Shown here piece by piece: positions 15,368 through 25,569 of a stretch of 54,748 nt of DNA. The stretch spans positions 1-54,748 of the forward strand of contig JAPDJF010000042.1 in assembly GCA_029259185.1 (NCBI GenBank), read 5' to 3'. Every line of letters starts with the position of its first letter. The stretch's first letter is position 1. This stretch comes from Hadesarchaea archaeon (GTDB taxonomy: Archaea; Hadarchaeota; Hadarchaeia; Hadarchaeales; WYZ-LMO6). The translations under genes and the position numbers were made by a program. Below the pieces are notes generated by a model, which saw only the letters and a program-made list of their open reading frames with translations, was not told where the DNA came from and ran no database searches.

Positions 15368-15452
15368 GCCGGGGTAGCCAAGCCAGGTAAGGCGCACGCC
15401 TTGAGAGCGTGTGGCCCTTCGGGCCTCGAGGGTTCAAATCCCTCCCCCGGCG
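15368..15452 (+). tRNA. tRNA-Ser(TGA)
   Basis: GCCGGGG/CCCCGGC acceptor; CACGC-CTTGAGA-GCGTG; long variable arm GGCCC-TTC-GGGCC. Confidence 0.95.
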
Positions 15453-15564
15453 CTTACGGGGTAGAGGCCCCATCTCCACAGGCGTTCGCTCGGGCCGTCC
15501 CAGCTCCATGTGTCGATCCAGAGCGCGCTCGGCTGTCTTTGAAGGATACAGGCGGAACCTGTGG

Positions 15565-15697
15565 CTAAGCACGCCCCTGCCCCACTTCTTTCTTCATCAG
15601 CTCCGCTATTGCTTCATTGATGGTCTTGTCCTTCGTTATGGTCCGCTTGAATTCCTCCCCCCAACCTATCTTCAACCGTGATGGTGTATTTCGTCAT
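15565..15697 (-). pseudogene. Ribbon-helix-helix-like small regulator, +1 frameshift in a G run
   Basis: Removing one G gives MTKYTITVEDRLGEEFKRTITKDKTINEAIAELMKKEVGQGRA* (beta strand plus two helices), overlapping the tnpB start. Confidence 0.6.
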
Positions 15698-15711
15698 CAC
15701 AATATGTTACT

Positions 15712-15746
15712 ACAAACTACTAACAAACTACTATATACAAACTACT
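15712..15746. repeat. Three direct repeats of ACAAACTACT
   Basis: Perfect 10-mers at 15712, 15723 and 15737, just upstream of the RHH gene. Confidence 0.9.
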
Positions 15747-15819
15747 CTATATATGCGTTCCACCTCTCATCTCCTCCCTTTCGGAATGGACTTCCCGGCG
15801 GTGGAGTTAAAACAGGCAA

Positions 15820-17051
15820 TCAGGCTGTTTCGGGTTCCAAATCTTTAAACCCTGAAACTTCTCCGCTCCCCTCCGCCGGGTTCACCTCATCGCTTATGCT
15901 CGAACACCCCGGCCTCACGGGATGCATCGCGGAGCTATCGGGGTAGCCTGGGATCCCCTCATCCTTGGCTCTTCTCAGCAGATTTATGCAGGCGTTCACA
16001 TCTCGATCCAACCCGCACCTAGGGCACTCCTTCAGGGAACCTATCTCGCCCCCGCATCTGGAGCAAACCTTGGACGTGTTGTGCGGGTTGACATATGCCG
16101 GCACCAGCCCGCTGAGCCTGAACTTGTAGTCGAGCAGGGACTGAAGCCTTCTGAAGGGCCAAGAGTTCAGCCTCCGCTTCAAGCGCTTGGATCTTTCCGA
16201 AACAGGCTGAACCTTTCCGGTGCGGCTGTTGAAGCGTTTGGACTTCCGGTTGACCGATTTCCTCACGTGCTTCAGGTTTTCGAGCACGGGCTTTAGTTTC
16301 TGATCTCCGCAGAGTGAAGCTATTTTCTTACTCGATTTATGGAGCACGTCGTCCACCCTGCGCTTCTCCCTCCTGCCGTACTTCGCCATAAGCCGTTTGA
16401 ACGATTTCGACTCCCTCGGCAGTTTCGCTTGGATGCGCTCCCTTTTCCGGCGTAGGTCTCCCGTATTCTCCTGATCTCCGAGAGGTCGACTCTGAGGGAT
16501 CCGCCACTCGTATCCACGCCCGTGACGTTCGTCTCGTTCAGGTCGAGCGCAAGCAGGCCTCTCGGTTCGGCCGGTGAAATTTCCCGCTTGAACGGGATTA
16601 TCACGCACTCGTCGTTCAGGAGGATTTCCCCCGTCCTCGCCCCTGACTCTAGGAACCTCCGTTGGTAGTCTCCGACGACCAGCTTCAGGGTTGCGAACTC
16701 CTTCGGCCTGACCGAGACCCTGAGGGTTCCATCCGGGTTCAGCTTTGTGACCAGCTTCGAGAGCCTGATGATCGGACGCTTGGCCACGGGGATCCCTTTG
16801 TGCTTGTGCTTCCTCCACGACCTGACAATGGAGAGAGCTGTTCGATATGCCGTAACCAAAAACTGGGTGTTGTAGTCGTATCGCTTTTTGAGCTTCGCGT
16901 AAGTAAGGTGGTGAATTCTGCCCAAGGAAGTTACTCTTGCCTCTACCGCCGCCCGGATGCAGGAGTTCACCATATCCAGGTAATCTTTCAATAACTGCCG
17001 AATCTGCTCGTTCGGTTCATATCTGAACTGAACGGATTGGATCACTTCCAA
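15820..17051 (-). pseudogene. tnpB: TnpB/Cas12f-like RNA-guided nuclease (~410 aa), single frameshift near 16451
   Basis: RuvC-I LALDLNE, RuvC-II VLENL, Zn finger CSRC..CPRC and RuvC-III DRDVNA. The two ORFs join at ETY|RRKRERIQ. Confidence 0.88.
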
Positions 17052-17109
17052 TTTTATCCCAAGGTAAATACGCCTTACAGAAAAGCTTATTTGAACTTGA
17101 AACAGCCTG
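15821..17109 (-). mobile_element. tnpB-only element with terminal inverted repeats and target-site duplication
   Basis: Left end CAGGCTGTTTCGGGTTCCAAAT; reverse complement of right end CAGGCTGTTTCAAGTTCAAAT. Flanking direct repeat ACAGGCAAT at 15812-15820 and 17110-17118. Confidence 0.85.
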
Positions 17110-17696
17110 ACAGGCAATGATAGGTTATCGTGAAGTGATGGCATATCCTGTGACCGGTGAGCACGAATTTTCGGGAAACGGTTGTGGTTCTGGGGTGAGG
17201 ATGTTTTACCCCGTGTACTCCCCGAGGAAAATCTCTTAGAAGGTTCTGTAGAGGTACCCGGAGGAAAACTCTGGCGTTTCGGAGTTCCAGTCAGTCCGTT
17301 TTACAGTTCACGTTTCTTCAAATACTCCGGAGGTGGACAAAAACGTGTTTCAGGGCACTCGTGGACTACCAAGTGATCAGTGCAACATGTTGGACGGGAG
17401 CGCGTGAGATGCTCACAGCGGCGTGTTCTCGGTTTTAGGCAAGACAAGTTCTAAGTTCTACTCGTTACCTTCTTTAACCAATTGATTCGCTCGTTAGCGA
17501 ACCTTGCCGATCCGCAGGAATGGGCGGTTGAGATTCGAGCAAAGTTTAATTAGGGTGTTACATTGTAGAGCATAGTTGGATGTCAGATTTGGAGTACTCT
17601 ATACCTAGGAGAGAAAGAGGAGACATAGTTTTTAGCATGTGGGCTGCAGGTGATCGCGGTGCTTGCACTTGTATTCAAATCGTGTGAGGCCGGCTG

Positions 17697-18122
17697 ATGA
17701 AACCATTCAAGTGGGTTGAGCACCCCAGTGACATAGGGTTTCGGGCATATGGACGCAACCTTGCGGAGGCCTTTGAGAATGCTGCGCTAGCTTTTTTCGA
17801 GGTGATGGTGGACACTAGCGGAGTCAGACCGGTGGAGGAAGTCGAGATAGAGCTGGAAGCCGAGGATGAGCAAGCTTTGCTCTATGACTGGCTTGATAGG
17901 TTGCTCTATTTCCACGATGCGCATGGTTTGGTGATGTCCAAGTTCGAGGTCAGGATATCGGAGTCCTCACAGGGATTCAGGCTCAAAGCGAAAGCTTGGG
18001 GCGAGCATTTCGATCCAGAAAAACATTCTCCTCGAACGGCCATCAAATCTGTGACGTATCACATGATGGAGATAGAGCGGAGAGGTGATCGATGTGAGGT
18101 TCAGGCAGTGGTGGACATTTGA
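17697..18122 (+). CDS. Archease (RtcB cofactor)
   Basis: EHPSDIG, AFENAALA and IKSVTYH motifs; C-terminal VVDI; upstream of rtcB. Confidence 0.95.
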   Translation: MKPFKWVEHPSDIGFRAYGRNLAEAFENAALAFFEVMVDTSGVRPVEEVEIELEAEDEQALLYDWLDRLLYFHDAHGLVMSKFEVRISESSQGFRLKAKAWGEHFDPEKHSPRTAIKSVTYHMMEIERRGDRCEVQAVVDI

Positions 18123-18304
18123 GGCCTCAAGAGCGGTGGCCAGCGGTTTCTTTCAATTCGCTCAAGAGTGGCGAAAATCTAACGAACTTCATCTCGACCA
18201 CTCCAAGGACTCAGGATTATCTCCATCCACAAAAATGGCTAAAAGGGTAAACCGGACCTGAATTTATAGAGCAGTAGCTTACTCAGTTATTCTAGGTGGA
18301 AATA

Positions 18305-21121
18305 ATGCCTTGGACCGGTAAGCTGAGACAGATAGATGAGGTGCGGTGGGAGATCCCGAGGGACTATAAGCCAGGCATGCGTGTCCCCGCTCGGATCTAT
18401 GCAGATACCGAGCTACTGAACGAGATGCGTAGAGACCTAACGCTTGAGCAAGCCGCTAACGTCTCTTTCCTCCGAGGTATCTACAAGTACAGCATCACGT
18501 TGCCCGATGGGCATCAAGGTTACGGGTTCCCGATCGGGGGAGTGGCGGCCACCGACGCTGAAACCGGTGTCATCAGCCCAGGGGGCGTTGGCTACGATGT
18601 GAATTGTTTGGTCCCCAGCACCCCCGTTCTCACCCGTGATGGGTATCGCCGGCCCATAGGGGATTTGAAGAGTTGTTGGGCTCATTCTAAACTCACGGTT
18701 TTCGATCTAAACGACCATAAAGCAGAGAGTGCTCCGGTGTTCAGATTCATAGAAATCCCCCCAAACACAGAACTCTACCGCCTACGCACGGTTAACGGTA
18801 GAGAGATAACTGCCACCGGCGACCACCCAATTTTAACATCCGACGGGATGCGCTTGGTGCGTGAAATAGATCAGGGTACCTTAGTAGTTGTTTACCCGTT
18901 CGAAGGAGTAGATTATGACCCGCCACCTGATGAAACAGTACTAGAGGAAAAGGATTTTGAACCCCTTGTCGCCAGGGAACTGAAAAAACGCGGTCTTCTG
19001 CCTCTCCGCATGAACCATCCGAAAATTGGCGTATTGGCGCGATTGGTTGGTTACATACTCGGAGATGGTTGGTTCGATACTTTGGTGGGAAGGCGTGAAA
19101 AGGGGAGAAACCCACGACATAGGGTGGTAATCAGCATATCTGGCGAGATCGATGGTCTAGAGAAAATCAGAGAGGATATTAGAGATCTTGGATTTAGACC
19201 CTCTCGTATTTATTCGGAGAATCGGAGGCGCACGGCAAAAACTCTGGATGGCTCATCCGAAACCACTTGCCACTGTATCCGTGCGTCTTCCAGACCATTT
19301 GGCCTATTTATAAACAAGTTGGGGGTCCCGCTCGGCGAAAAGATCGTCGCCGATTTCGAGGTTCCTTCTTGGATAAGAAAAGCCCCCCTCTGGGTCAAGA
19401 GAAACTTTTTAGCTGGTCTCTTCGGTGCAGAGCTATCCAAACCGTGCACGTCTAGAGAACACCCATATACTTTCAACGCGCCTTCAATAACGGTTCCAAA
19501 GAGAAAGGATCTCAAAGATTCGGGCTACAAGTTTTTGAGTCAGATCCGTGAGTTGCTTGGGGAGTTTGGAATAGACACTTTTGACGTTTATGAGATTCCG
19601 TTAACCACCAACACCGTGGGTCTCAGGTTATCCATCTCAGGAAACGATGAAAATCTTTTGAAACTCTGGTCGAAAATCGGCTATGAATTTAATGAGGAAC
19701 ATCACTTCCTCGCAGCATTGGCAACCGAATACTTACGTCTGAGGTTAAAATACAAAAGAGGATCAGAAAACAGATCAAAACCGACCACTTTTCCGACTTT
19801 CGACGAATACGTCAAGAAAATAAGAACAGAGCTTGGTCGCTCAGGATTGGTGTACGACACCGTTGCGAGAAAGGAAGTTATCCGTGGATTTAGAGGATTT
19901 GTGTATGACTTTACAATTGATCACAAGGATCACAACTTCGTTGCAAATAGCTTTGTTGTTTCCAATTGCGGAGTTCGTCTCCTCCGAACAGATCTCGATA
20001 AAAATGATGTCACACCCAAGCTCCACCAGCTCATCGAAACCCTCTTCCGAAATGTTCCATCAGGATTGGGAAGCACTGGTCACATCAAGCTCACCCCAGC
20101 TCAGCTGGACTTGGTCTTGGAGAACGGTGCGCGGTGGGCGGTCGAGAATGGATTCGGATGGGAAGAAGATCTGGAGCGACTGGAGGAGGGGGGGTGTCTG
20201 GTGGGGGCTGACGCGAAGCGGGTAAGTTCCCAGGCCAAGCAACGCGGGTTCCCGCAGCTCGGCAGCCTAGGCTCCGGAAATCACTTCTTGGAGGTCCAAA
20301 TAGTCGATCGCATCTTCGATCCAGAAGTTGCACGCAAGTTCGGTTTGACCCACCAAGGACAGGTTACGGTAATGATTCACACCGGGTCACGGGGTCTTGG
20401 GCATCAAGTTTGTTCCGATTACCTGCGCACGATGGAACGCGTGGTTAGGCGGTACGAGGTATCACTACCGGACAGGGAACTCGTGAACGTTCCTTTCAAG
20501 TCTGAGGAAGGACAAGCTTATTTCTCCGCGATGGCATGTGCCGCTAATTACGCTTGGGCAAACCGCCAGATGATAACCCACTGGACGAGGGAGTCCTTCG
20601 AGCAAGTTTTCGGGAAGGAAGCTGAGCACTTGGGCCTGCACATAGTTTATGATGTGGCCCACAACATCGCGAAACTTGAGGATCACGAGGTAAACGGTGA
20701 GAGGAAGAAAGTTGTGGTACATCGTAAAGGTGCCACTCGGGCATTTGGACCCGGGCATCCAGAAATTCCATCGATTTATCGGGAGGTCGGACAGCCGGTG
20801 ATCATCCCGGGGGATATGGGGACTGCCTCTTACCTCCTAGTCGGTACCCGCCGAGCTATGGAGGAGACCTTCGGCTCGACGGCACACGGGGCGGGGAGGC
20901 ACTTGAGCAGAACCGCAGCGCTGAGGCAGTTTAGGGGGGAGGAGGTGAGACGGAATCTCAGCTCTCGCGGGATTTTCGTCCGCGCTGCCAAGCTCTCGGT
21001 GATAGCTGAAGAGGCTCCCGATGCCTACAAGGACATAGATAGGATAGTAGAGGTCTCCCACAGGGCCGGGATAGCTCGAAAAGTTGCGAGGCTCGTACCC
21101 CTAGGTGTAGCCAAGGGTTAA
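18305..21121 (+). CDS. rtcB: tRNA-splicing ligase RtcB, intein-containing
   Basis: [18 protein letters not shown][intein][24 protein letters not shown] and STAHGAGR motifs. Confidence 0.97.
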   Translation: MPWTGKLRQIDEVRWEIPRDYKPGMRVPARIYADTELLNEMRRDLTLEQAANVSFLRGIYKYSITLPDGHQGYGFPIGGVAATDAETGVISPGGVGYDVNCLVPSTPVLTRDGYRRPIGDLKSCWAHSKLTVFDLNDHKAESAPVFRFIEIPPNTELYRLRTVNGREITATGDHPILTSDGMRLVREIDQGTLVVVYPFEGVDYDPPPDETVLEEKDFEPLVARELKKRGLLPLRMNHPKIGVLARLVGYILGDGWFDTLVGRREKGRNPRHRVVISISGEIDGLEKIREDIRDLGFRPSRIYSENRRRTAKTLDGSSETTCHCIRASSRPFGLFINKLGVPLGEKIVADFEVPSWIRKAPLWVKRNFLAGLFGAELSKPCTSREHPYTFNAPSITVPKRKDLKDSGYKFLSQIRELLGEFGIDTFDVYEIPLTTNTVGLRLSISGNDENLLKLWSKIGYEFNEEHHFLAALATEYLRLRLKYKRGSENRSKPTTFPTFDEYVKKIRTELGRSGLVYDTVARKEVIRGFRGFVYDFTIDHKDHNFVANSFVVSNCGVRLLRTDLDKNDVTPKLHQLIETLFRNVPSGLGSTGHIKLTPAQLDLVLENGARWAVENGFGWEEDLERLEEGGCLVGADAKRVSSQAKQRGFPQLGSLGSGNHFLEVQIVDRIFDPEVARKFGLTHQGQVTVMIHTGSRGLGHQVCSDYLRTMERVVRRYEVSLPDRELVNVPFKSEEGQAYFSAMACAANYAWANRQMITHWTRESFEQVFGKEAEHLGLHIVYDVAHNIAKLEDHEVNGERKKVVVHRKGATRAFGPGHPEIPSIYREVGQPVIIPGDMGTASYLLVGTRRAMEETFGSTAHGAGRHLSRTAALRQFRGEEVRRNLSSRGIFVRAAKLSVIAEEAPDAYKDIDRIVEVSHRAGIARKVARLVPLGVAKG
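18605..19966 (+). mobile_element. Intein (454 aa) with LAGLIDADG homing endonuclease in RtcB
   Basis: Begins CLVPST; block B ATGDHP; LVGYILGDG and LAGLFGAE; ends VYDFTI...FVVSN followed by extein Cys. Confidence 0.93.
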
Positions 21122-21125
21122 TCGG

Positions 21126-21962
21126 ATGGCTGAGATATCTGTTCTGCTTCCCGTATCGCTCGTGGCCGATGGGCAGGGGCTGTTAGATAAAACGATCAAG
21201 GTGGGGGTGGTGGCACGTGCTCTAGCGATATTCAGGGTGAGAGAAGTAGTGGTCTACGACGATAGGGATCCTCACCTTACGGATCCGAGGGAAGAAGCAC
21301 GGTTGATAACCACGATCCTCCGATACATTGAGACCCCCCAGTATCTCAGGAAGTACCTCTTCCCCAAACGAAAGGAGCTTAGATACGCTGGAATGCTTCC
21401 CCCCCTCCGCACCCCCCATCATCCCCTTCGGGGTGAAAAAGAGTCTCCGGGCGACTTCAGAGAGGCGGTGGTCGTGAGAACGGAGGCGAGGCGGAGCATT
21501 TTGGAAATGGGGCTGGGTGAGAGGGGGGTGTTGGGTGAAAGGGTGAGGGTGGGGGAGAGGCTAACGGTTAAACTCGGGAGGAAGATCGGTGGAAAACGCA
21601 TTTTGGTGGAAAGGGTATCCAAAGAAGAGAGTGGGGAGTACTGGGGATACGAAGTGACCTCGGAGGGGAGCTTAGCGGACACCCTAAAGCGTTTTAAGGC
21701 TTATTTTAAAATAGGGACATCGAGATACGGTAAAAAATTGGAGGAGCTCATCCGGGAGCTCACGGAGAGGAAGCCCGAACGAGTTGTGGCGGTGTTCGGA
21801 GGGCCGCGTCAGGGGCTGTACCGAATATGTGAGAGGGAAGGGAGGAAGGCGGATGAGCTTTTCGATATCGTGGCGAACACGATACCGAACCAAGGCACGG
21901 CCACCGTGCGAACGGAGGAAGCCGTGTTCGTAACGCTAGCACTGATCAATGCGGTGATGTGA
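21126..21962 (+). CDS. SPOUT-family RNA methyltransferase (DUF171)
   Basis: YIETPQYLRK, LPPLRTPHH, YWGY and NTIPNQGTATVRTEEA motifs; conserved position before L3. Confidence 0.92.
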   Translation: MAEISVLLPVSLVADGQGLLDKTIKVGVVARALAIFRVREVVVYDDRDPHLTDPREEARLITTILRYIETPQYLRKYLFPKRKELRYAGMLPPLRTPHHPLRGEKESPGDFREAVVVRTEARRSILEMGLGERGVLGERVRVGERLTVKLGRKIGGKRILVERVSKEESGEYWGYEVTSEGSLADTLKRFKAYFKIGTSRYGKKLEELIRELTERKPERVVAVFGGPRQGLYRICEREGRKADELFDIVANTIPNQGTATVRTEEAVFVTLALINAVM

Positions 21963-21963
21963 G

Positions 21964-22965
21964 ATGGGAAAACGTGCGCACAGACCGAGGCGGGGTTCCC
22001 TTGCGTACACGCCGAGGGTGAGGGCTCCTCGACCCATCGCCCACGTGCGGGCATGGCCAGCCGATACCAGCCCGCGTTTGCTCGGTTTCGTGGGGTACAA
22101 GGCTGGCATGACCCATGTGTTCTATATAGACGATAGGAAAACGAGCCTAACCTCGGGGCGCGAGTTATCCACCCCCGCGACCGTGATCGATGCCCCCCCG
22201 ATTATGGTGTGCGGCATTCGTCTCTACGCCAAGAATACGCGTGGTCTCAGGACGCTGACCGAAGTCTGGACCACTCCCCCAGAGGACCTGAAGAGGGTTA
22301 TCTCCTTACCCAAGAGGGTGGACCTTCAATCCCAGATACAAAAAGCTGAAGAGCTCGTGAAATCTGGAAGGGTGGAGGATATGAGGGTGATCGCTTGCAC
22401 CCAACCTAGGCTCTCCTCGGGCCCGAAGAAGAAGCCAGATCTGGTAGAGATAGGGGTGGGTGGCTCGAGCGTGGCGGAGAAATGGGAGTACTGCAAGGGT
22501 TTGCTCGGGAAAGAGGTTCGGGCTCTTGAAGTGTTGAAGGCTGGGGAGTATGTGGATGCGATAGCGATAACGAAGGGTAAAGGGTTTGAGGGCCCCGTCA
22601 AACGTTGGGGAGTAAAAATATTGCCCCGCAAGACGGATGAGGGAAGACGGCAAGTCGGCACGCTCGGTCCTTGGACTCCTTCGAGGGTAATGTGGACGGT
22701 TCCAGCTGCGGGACAAATGGGATACCATCAGAGGACGGATCTGAACAAGCGGATTTTCAAAGTTGGCACGAGGGGGGAGGAAGTAAGCCCCAAAGAGGGA
22801 TTCAAGAGGTGGGGCCCGGTAAGAGGTGATTACATCTTGGTCTCCGGTTCCATTCCCGGGCCGACCAAGAGGCTTATTCACTTGCGGTCGGCGATCAGAC
22901 CTCCGAAGGAGTCAGGCCCCGCCCCAACGATAACCTACATCGCGAGTACGGGGGGAAGTGGATGA
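21964..22965 (+). CDS. rpl3: 50S ribosomal protein uL3
   Basis: RPRRGSL, GYKAGMTH, TKGKGFEGPVKRWG and AGQMGYHQRT motifs. Confidence 0.98.
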   Translation: MGKRAHRPRRGSLAYTPRVRAPRPIAHVRAWPADTSPRLLGFVGYKAGMTHVFYIDDRKTSLTSGRELSTPATVIDAPPIMVCGIRLYAKNTRGLRTLTEVWTTPPEDLKRVISLPKRVDLQSQIQKAEELVKSGRVEDMRVIACTQPRLSSGPKKKPDLVEIGVGGSSVAEKWEYCKGLLGKEVRALEVLKAGEYVDAIAITKGKGFEGPVKRWGVKILPRKTDEGRRQVGTLGPWTPSRVMWTVPAAGQMGYHQRTDLNKRIFKVGTRGEEVSPKEGFKRWGPVRGDYILVSGSIPGPTKRLIHLRSAIRPPKESGPAPTITYIASTGGSG

Positions 22966-23741
22966 AGGTTTCGGTCTTCTCCTTGGATGGGAAGAGAGCG
23001 GATGAGATCGAACTCCCCGAGGTTTTTGAGGAGGAGTATCGACCCGACCTCATCAAGCGAGCGGTCATCGCAGCACAAACGGCGAGACTCCAGCCCAAAG
23101 CCGTGGATTCCATGGCTGGCAAGCGGACATCCGCGGAGACGTGGGGAAAGGGGTATGGTGTCGCTAGGGTACGTAGGGTAAAGGGAAGCAGGTATCCAGC
23201 AGCGGGCAGGGGAGCGTTTTCCCCCCACACGGTTGGGGGGAGGAGAGCTCATCCTCCGAAAGTGGAGAAGGTTTTGAAGGAGAGGATAAACAAAAAGGAG
23301 CGCCGTTTGGCGTTGCGCTCGGCGGTGGCAGCTACCGGAGATAGGATGCTTGTGAGTTCGCGTGGCCATAGACTGGAACACGTACCCGAGCTTCCACTCG
23401 TGGTTGACGATGCGTTGGAGGAACTCAGAGAAACGAAGCGCGTGAAAGAGGTCCTCCAAAGACTAGGATTGTGGGAAGATGTTGAGAGGGTGATCAACGG
23501 TGTGAAAATCCGTGCGGGTCGAGGGAAAATGCGGGGAAGGAAATACAGACGCCGTGTGGGTCCGCTGATCGTAGTTTCAGATGATAGGGGAATATCGTTG
23601 GGGGTGAGCAATCTCCCGGGCGCGGAGGTAGTCAAGGTAAGAGATCTGGGCGTGGAGCGACTAGCACCGGGGGGGGTTCCAGCTAGGCTGACGGTGTGGA
23701 CGAGGTCCGCCGTTCAGAAGTTGGGGGCGATGCTCTCATGA
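22962..23741 (+). CDS. rpl4: 50S ribosomal protein uL4
   Basis: RPDLIKRAV, SAETWGKGYGVAR and GGRRAHPP motifs. Confidence 0.98.
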   Translation: MKVSVFSLDGKRADEIELPEVFEEEYRPDLIKRAVIAAQTARLQPKAVDSMAGKRTSAETWGKGYGVARVRRVKGSRYPAAGRGAFSPHTVGGRRAHPPKVEKVLKERINKKERRLALRSAVAATGDRMLVSSRGHRLEHVPELPLVVDDALEELRETKRVKEVLQRLGLWEDVERVINGVKIRAGRGKMRGRKYRRRVGPLIVVSDDRGISLGVSNLPGAEVVKVRDLGVERLAPGGVPARLTVWTRSAVQKLGAMLS

Positions 23742-24001
23742 AGGATCCTCACAAAGTGTTGCTGTATCCGGTCACCACGGAGAAGGCCGTCAGACTGATA
23801 GAGTCTGAGAATAAATTGACGTTTGTGGTTTCCCCCGATGCTACCCGCAACGATGTGAAGCGCGCGGTAGAGGTGCTCTACGAGGTGGAAGTCGAAAGTG
23901 TGAGGACGGAACGAACCCCAGACGGCAAAAAGCGTGCATACGTGAGACTCACACCAAAATTTATTGCGGATGAGGTAGCATCTAAGCTTGGAGTGATCTA
24001 A
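23738..24001 (+). CDS. rpl23: 50S ribosomal protein uL23
   Basis: PVTTEKA, ENKLTFVV and GKKRAYVRL motifs. Confidence 0.97.
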   Translation: MKDPHKVLLYPVTTEKAVRLIESENKLTFVVSPDATRNDVKRAVEVLYEVEVESVRTERTPDGKKRAYVRLTPKFIADEVASKLGVI

Positions 24002-24706
24002 ATGGGAAAGATAATCAGAGCTCAGCGGATAGGTAAGGGGTCACCCACCTATCGGGCCAAGAGTTGGCGGAGGGTAGGGGAGGCCAAGCTCCCCCCCCAA
24101 GAGGTGAGGAAAGGGGTGGTGGTAGATATTCTCCACGAGCGGGGGGGGAATTCTCCAGTGATGGAGGTGAGACTCGATAACGGTGAGAAAATTGTCATGC
24201 TCGCCCCAGAAGGTATAAGGGTGGGCGATGAGATAGAGTGCGGACCCGGGACCCTGCCTAAGCTGGGGAGTGTGATGACGCTGGCGGATATCCCCGAGGG
24301 CACGAAAATTTTCAATGTGGAGTCTAGACCCGGAGACGGGGGCAAATTCGCTAGGTCATCCGGCTCCCACGCTGTCTTAGTGGCACGGGAAGCTGGGAGG
24401 GCGATGGTTCAGTTACCCTCCGGAGAAATCCGCGCATTGGATCTGAGTTGCCGTGCCGTGGTGGGCACGGTTGCGGGTGGAGGGCGAGTCGAGAAACCGT
24501 TCCTCAAAGCTGGAAAGAGATATCATGCGATGCTGGCGAAGGGCAAACCCTATCCACGCGTCAAGGGGGTGGCGATGAACGTGGTCGATCACCCATTCGG
24601 TGGGGGAAGGGGAAGACATGCGGGAAGACCCAAGGTGGTCTCCAGACGTGCTCCGCCGGGCCAAAAAGTTGGCCTGATAGGGGCTAGACGAACCGGGAAG
24701 AGGTAA
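24002..24706 (+). CDS. rpl2: 50S ribosomal protein uL2
   Basis: [12 protein letters not shown]; [14 protein letters not shown]. Confidence 0.98.
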   Translation: MGKIIRAQRIGKGSPTYRAKSWRRVGEAKLPPQEVRKGVVVDILHERGGNSPVMEVRLDNGEKIVMLAPEGIRVGDEIECGPGTLPKLGSVMTLADIPEGTKIFNVESRPGDGGKFARSSGSHAVLVAREAGRAMVQLPSGEIRALDLSCRAVVGTVAGGGRVEKPFLKAGKRYHAMLAKGKPYPRVKGVAMNVVDHPFGGGRGRHAGRPKVVSRRAPPGQKVGLIGARRTGKR

Positions 24707-24710
24707 GTCC

Positions 24711-25109
24711 ATGCCGAAGAAATTCACCTATCGGGGATACACGCTTGATGAGCTCCGGAAGCTCTCCATGGAAGAATTCTCAAAGCTCCTCCCCTCACGC
24801 CAGCGGAGGTCGCTGCACAGCTTAACGCCCGCCCAGAAGACCCTGCTCAGGAAGGTGAGGAAGGTTTTAAAGAGGGGGGATGGGAAGAACGTGATCATCC
24901 GCACCCATTGTCGAGAGATGGTCATTCTCCCGGAGATGGTCGGTTTGAAGTTCGGAGTCCATAACGGGAAGGAATTCGTGGTGGTGGAAATAAAGCCGGA
25001 AATGATTGGGCACAGACTTGGCGAGTTCAGTCAGACGAGGAAGAGGGTGATCCACGGTACCCCGGGGGTGGGGGCGACTCGGAGTTCCATGTACGTGCCG
25101 TTGAAGTGA
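24711..25109 (+). CDS. rps19: 30S ribosomal protein uS19
   Basis: [20 protein letters not shown] and HRLGEF motifs. Confidence 0.98.
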   Translation: MPKKFTYRGYTLDELRKLSMEEFSKLLPSRQRRSLHSLTPAQKTLLRKVRKVLKRGDGKNVIIRTHCREMVILPEMVGLKFGVHNGKEFVVVEIKPEMIGHRLGEFSQTRKRVIHGTPGVGATRSSMYVPLK

Positions 25110-25113
25110 TACG

Positions 25114-25563
25114 ATGCCAAAGATCGGTTATTCAGCCCGAGTTGAGGAACCGTGTAGCAGGGCCATGGGAAGGGAGATGAGGATCTCGCCCAAGGACGCG
25201 GTGGAAGTATGCAGGGCCATAAGGGGGATGAGACTTAAGGACGCGAAGTCGTACCTAGAAGAAGTGATGAAGAAGCAGAGACCGGTTCCGTTCAGACGCC
25301 ACCGCAAAAAACTTGCCCACACGCGAGGCGCGGGAGGGGCAGGCGCATATCCGGTCAAGGCCGCGAGAGCCGTGTTGAAGGTTTTAGAAAACGCGGAAGC
25401 GAATGCGAGCTACAAGGGGTTAGAAGTCGATAGACTCCGTATCGTACATGCGAGTGCGAAGCGAGGGTTTACCATTCCAGGGTTTCTCCCCCGGGCCTTT
25501 GGCCGCGCCACCCCATACAACAGGCCACTCACAAATGTGGAGATAATTCTCAAGGAGGCATGA
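25114..25563 (+). CDS. rpl22: 50S ribosomal protein uL22
   Basis: ISPKDAVEVC, YPVKAA and PRAFGRATP motifs. Confidence 0.97.
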   Translation: MPKIGYSARVEEPCSRAMGREMRISPKDAVEVCRAIRGMRLKDAKSYLEEVMKKQRPVPFRRHRKKLAHTRGAGGAGAYPVKAARAVLKVLENAEANASYKGLEVDRLRIVHASAKRGFTIPGFLPRAFGRATPYNRPLTNVEIILKEA

Positions 25564-25569
25564 GGGAAA

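Larger units (their letters stand above)
15456..15806 (-). mobile_element. IS200/IS605 (IS1341-like) remnant: left end, RHH gene and collapsed tnpB
   Basis: Minus-strand TTTAA followed by a left-end hairpin homologous to 39965-40010. tnpB N-terminus MLSHRFRLYPSKTAER is fused to C-terminal GRPERTPVEMGP. Right end missing. Confidence 0.8.

Noticed and set aside
15453-17696. Integrated virus/plasmid at tRNA-Ser
   Set aside because: No integrase and no duplicated tRNA 3' end (att site) found by eye.
15820-17700. CRISPR-Cas12f/Cas14 locus around the TnpB-like gene
   Set aside because: No repeat-spacer array or cas1/cas2/cas4 genes are visible, and the gene is enclosed by TIRs.
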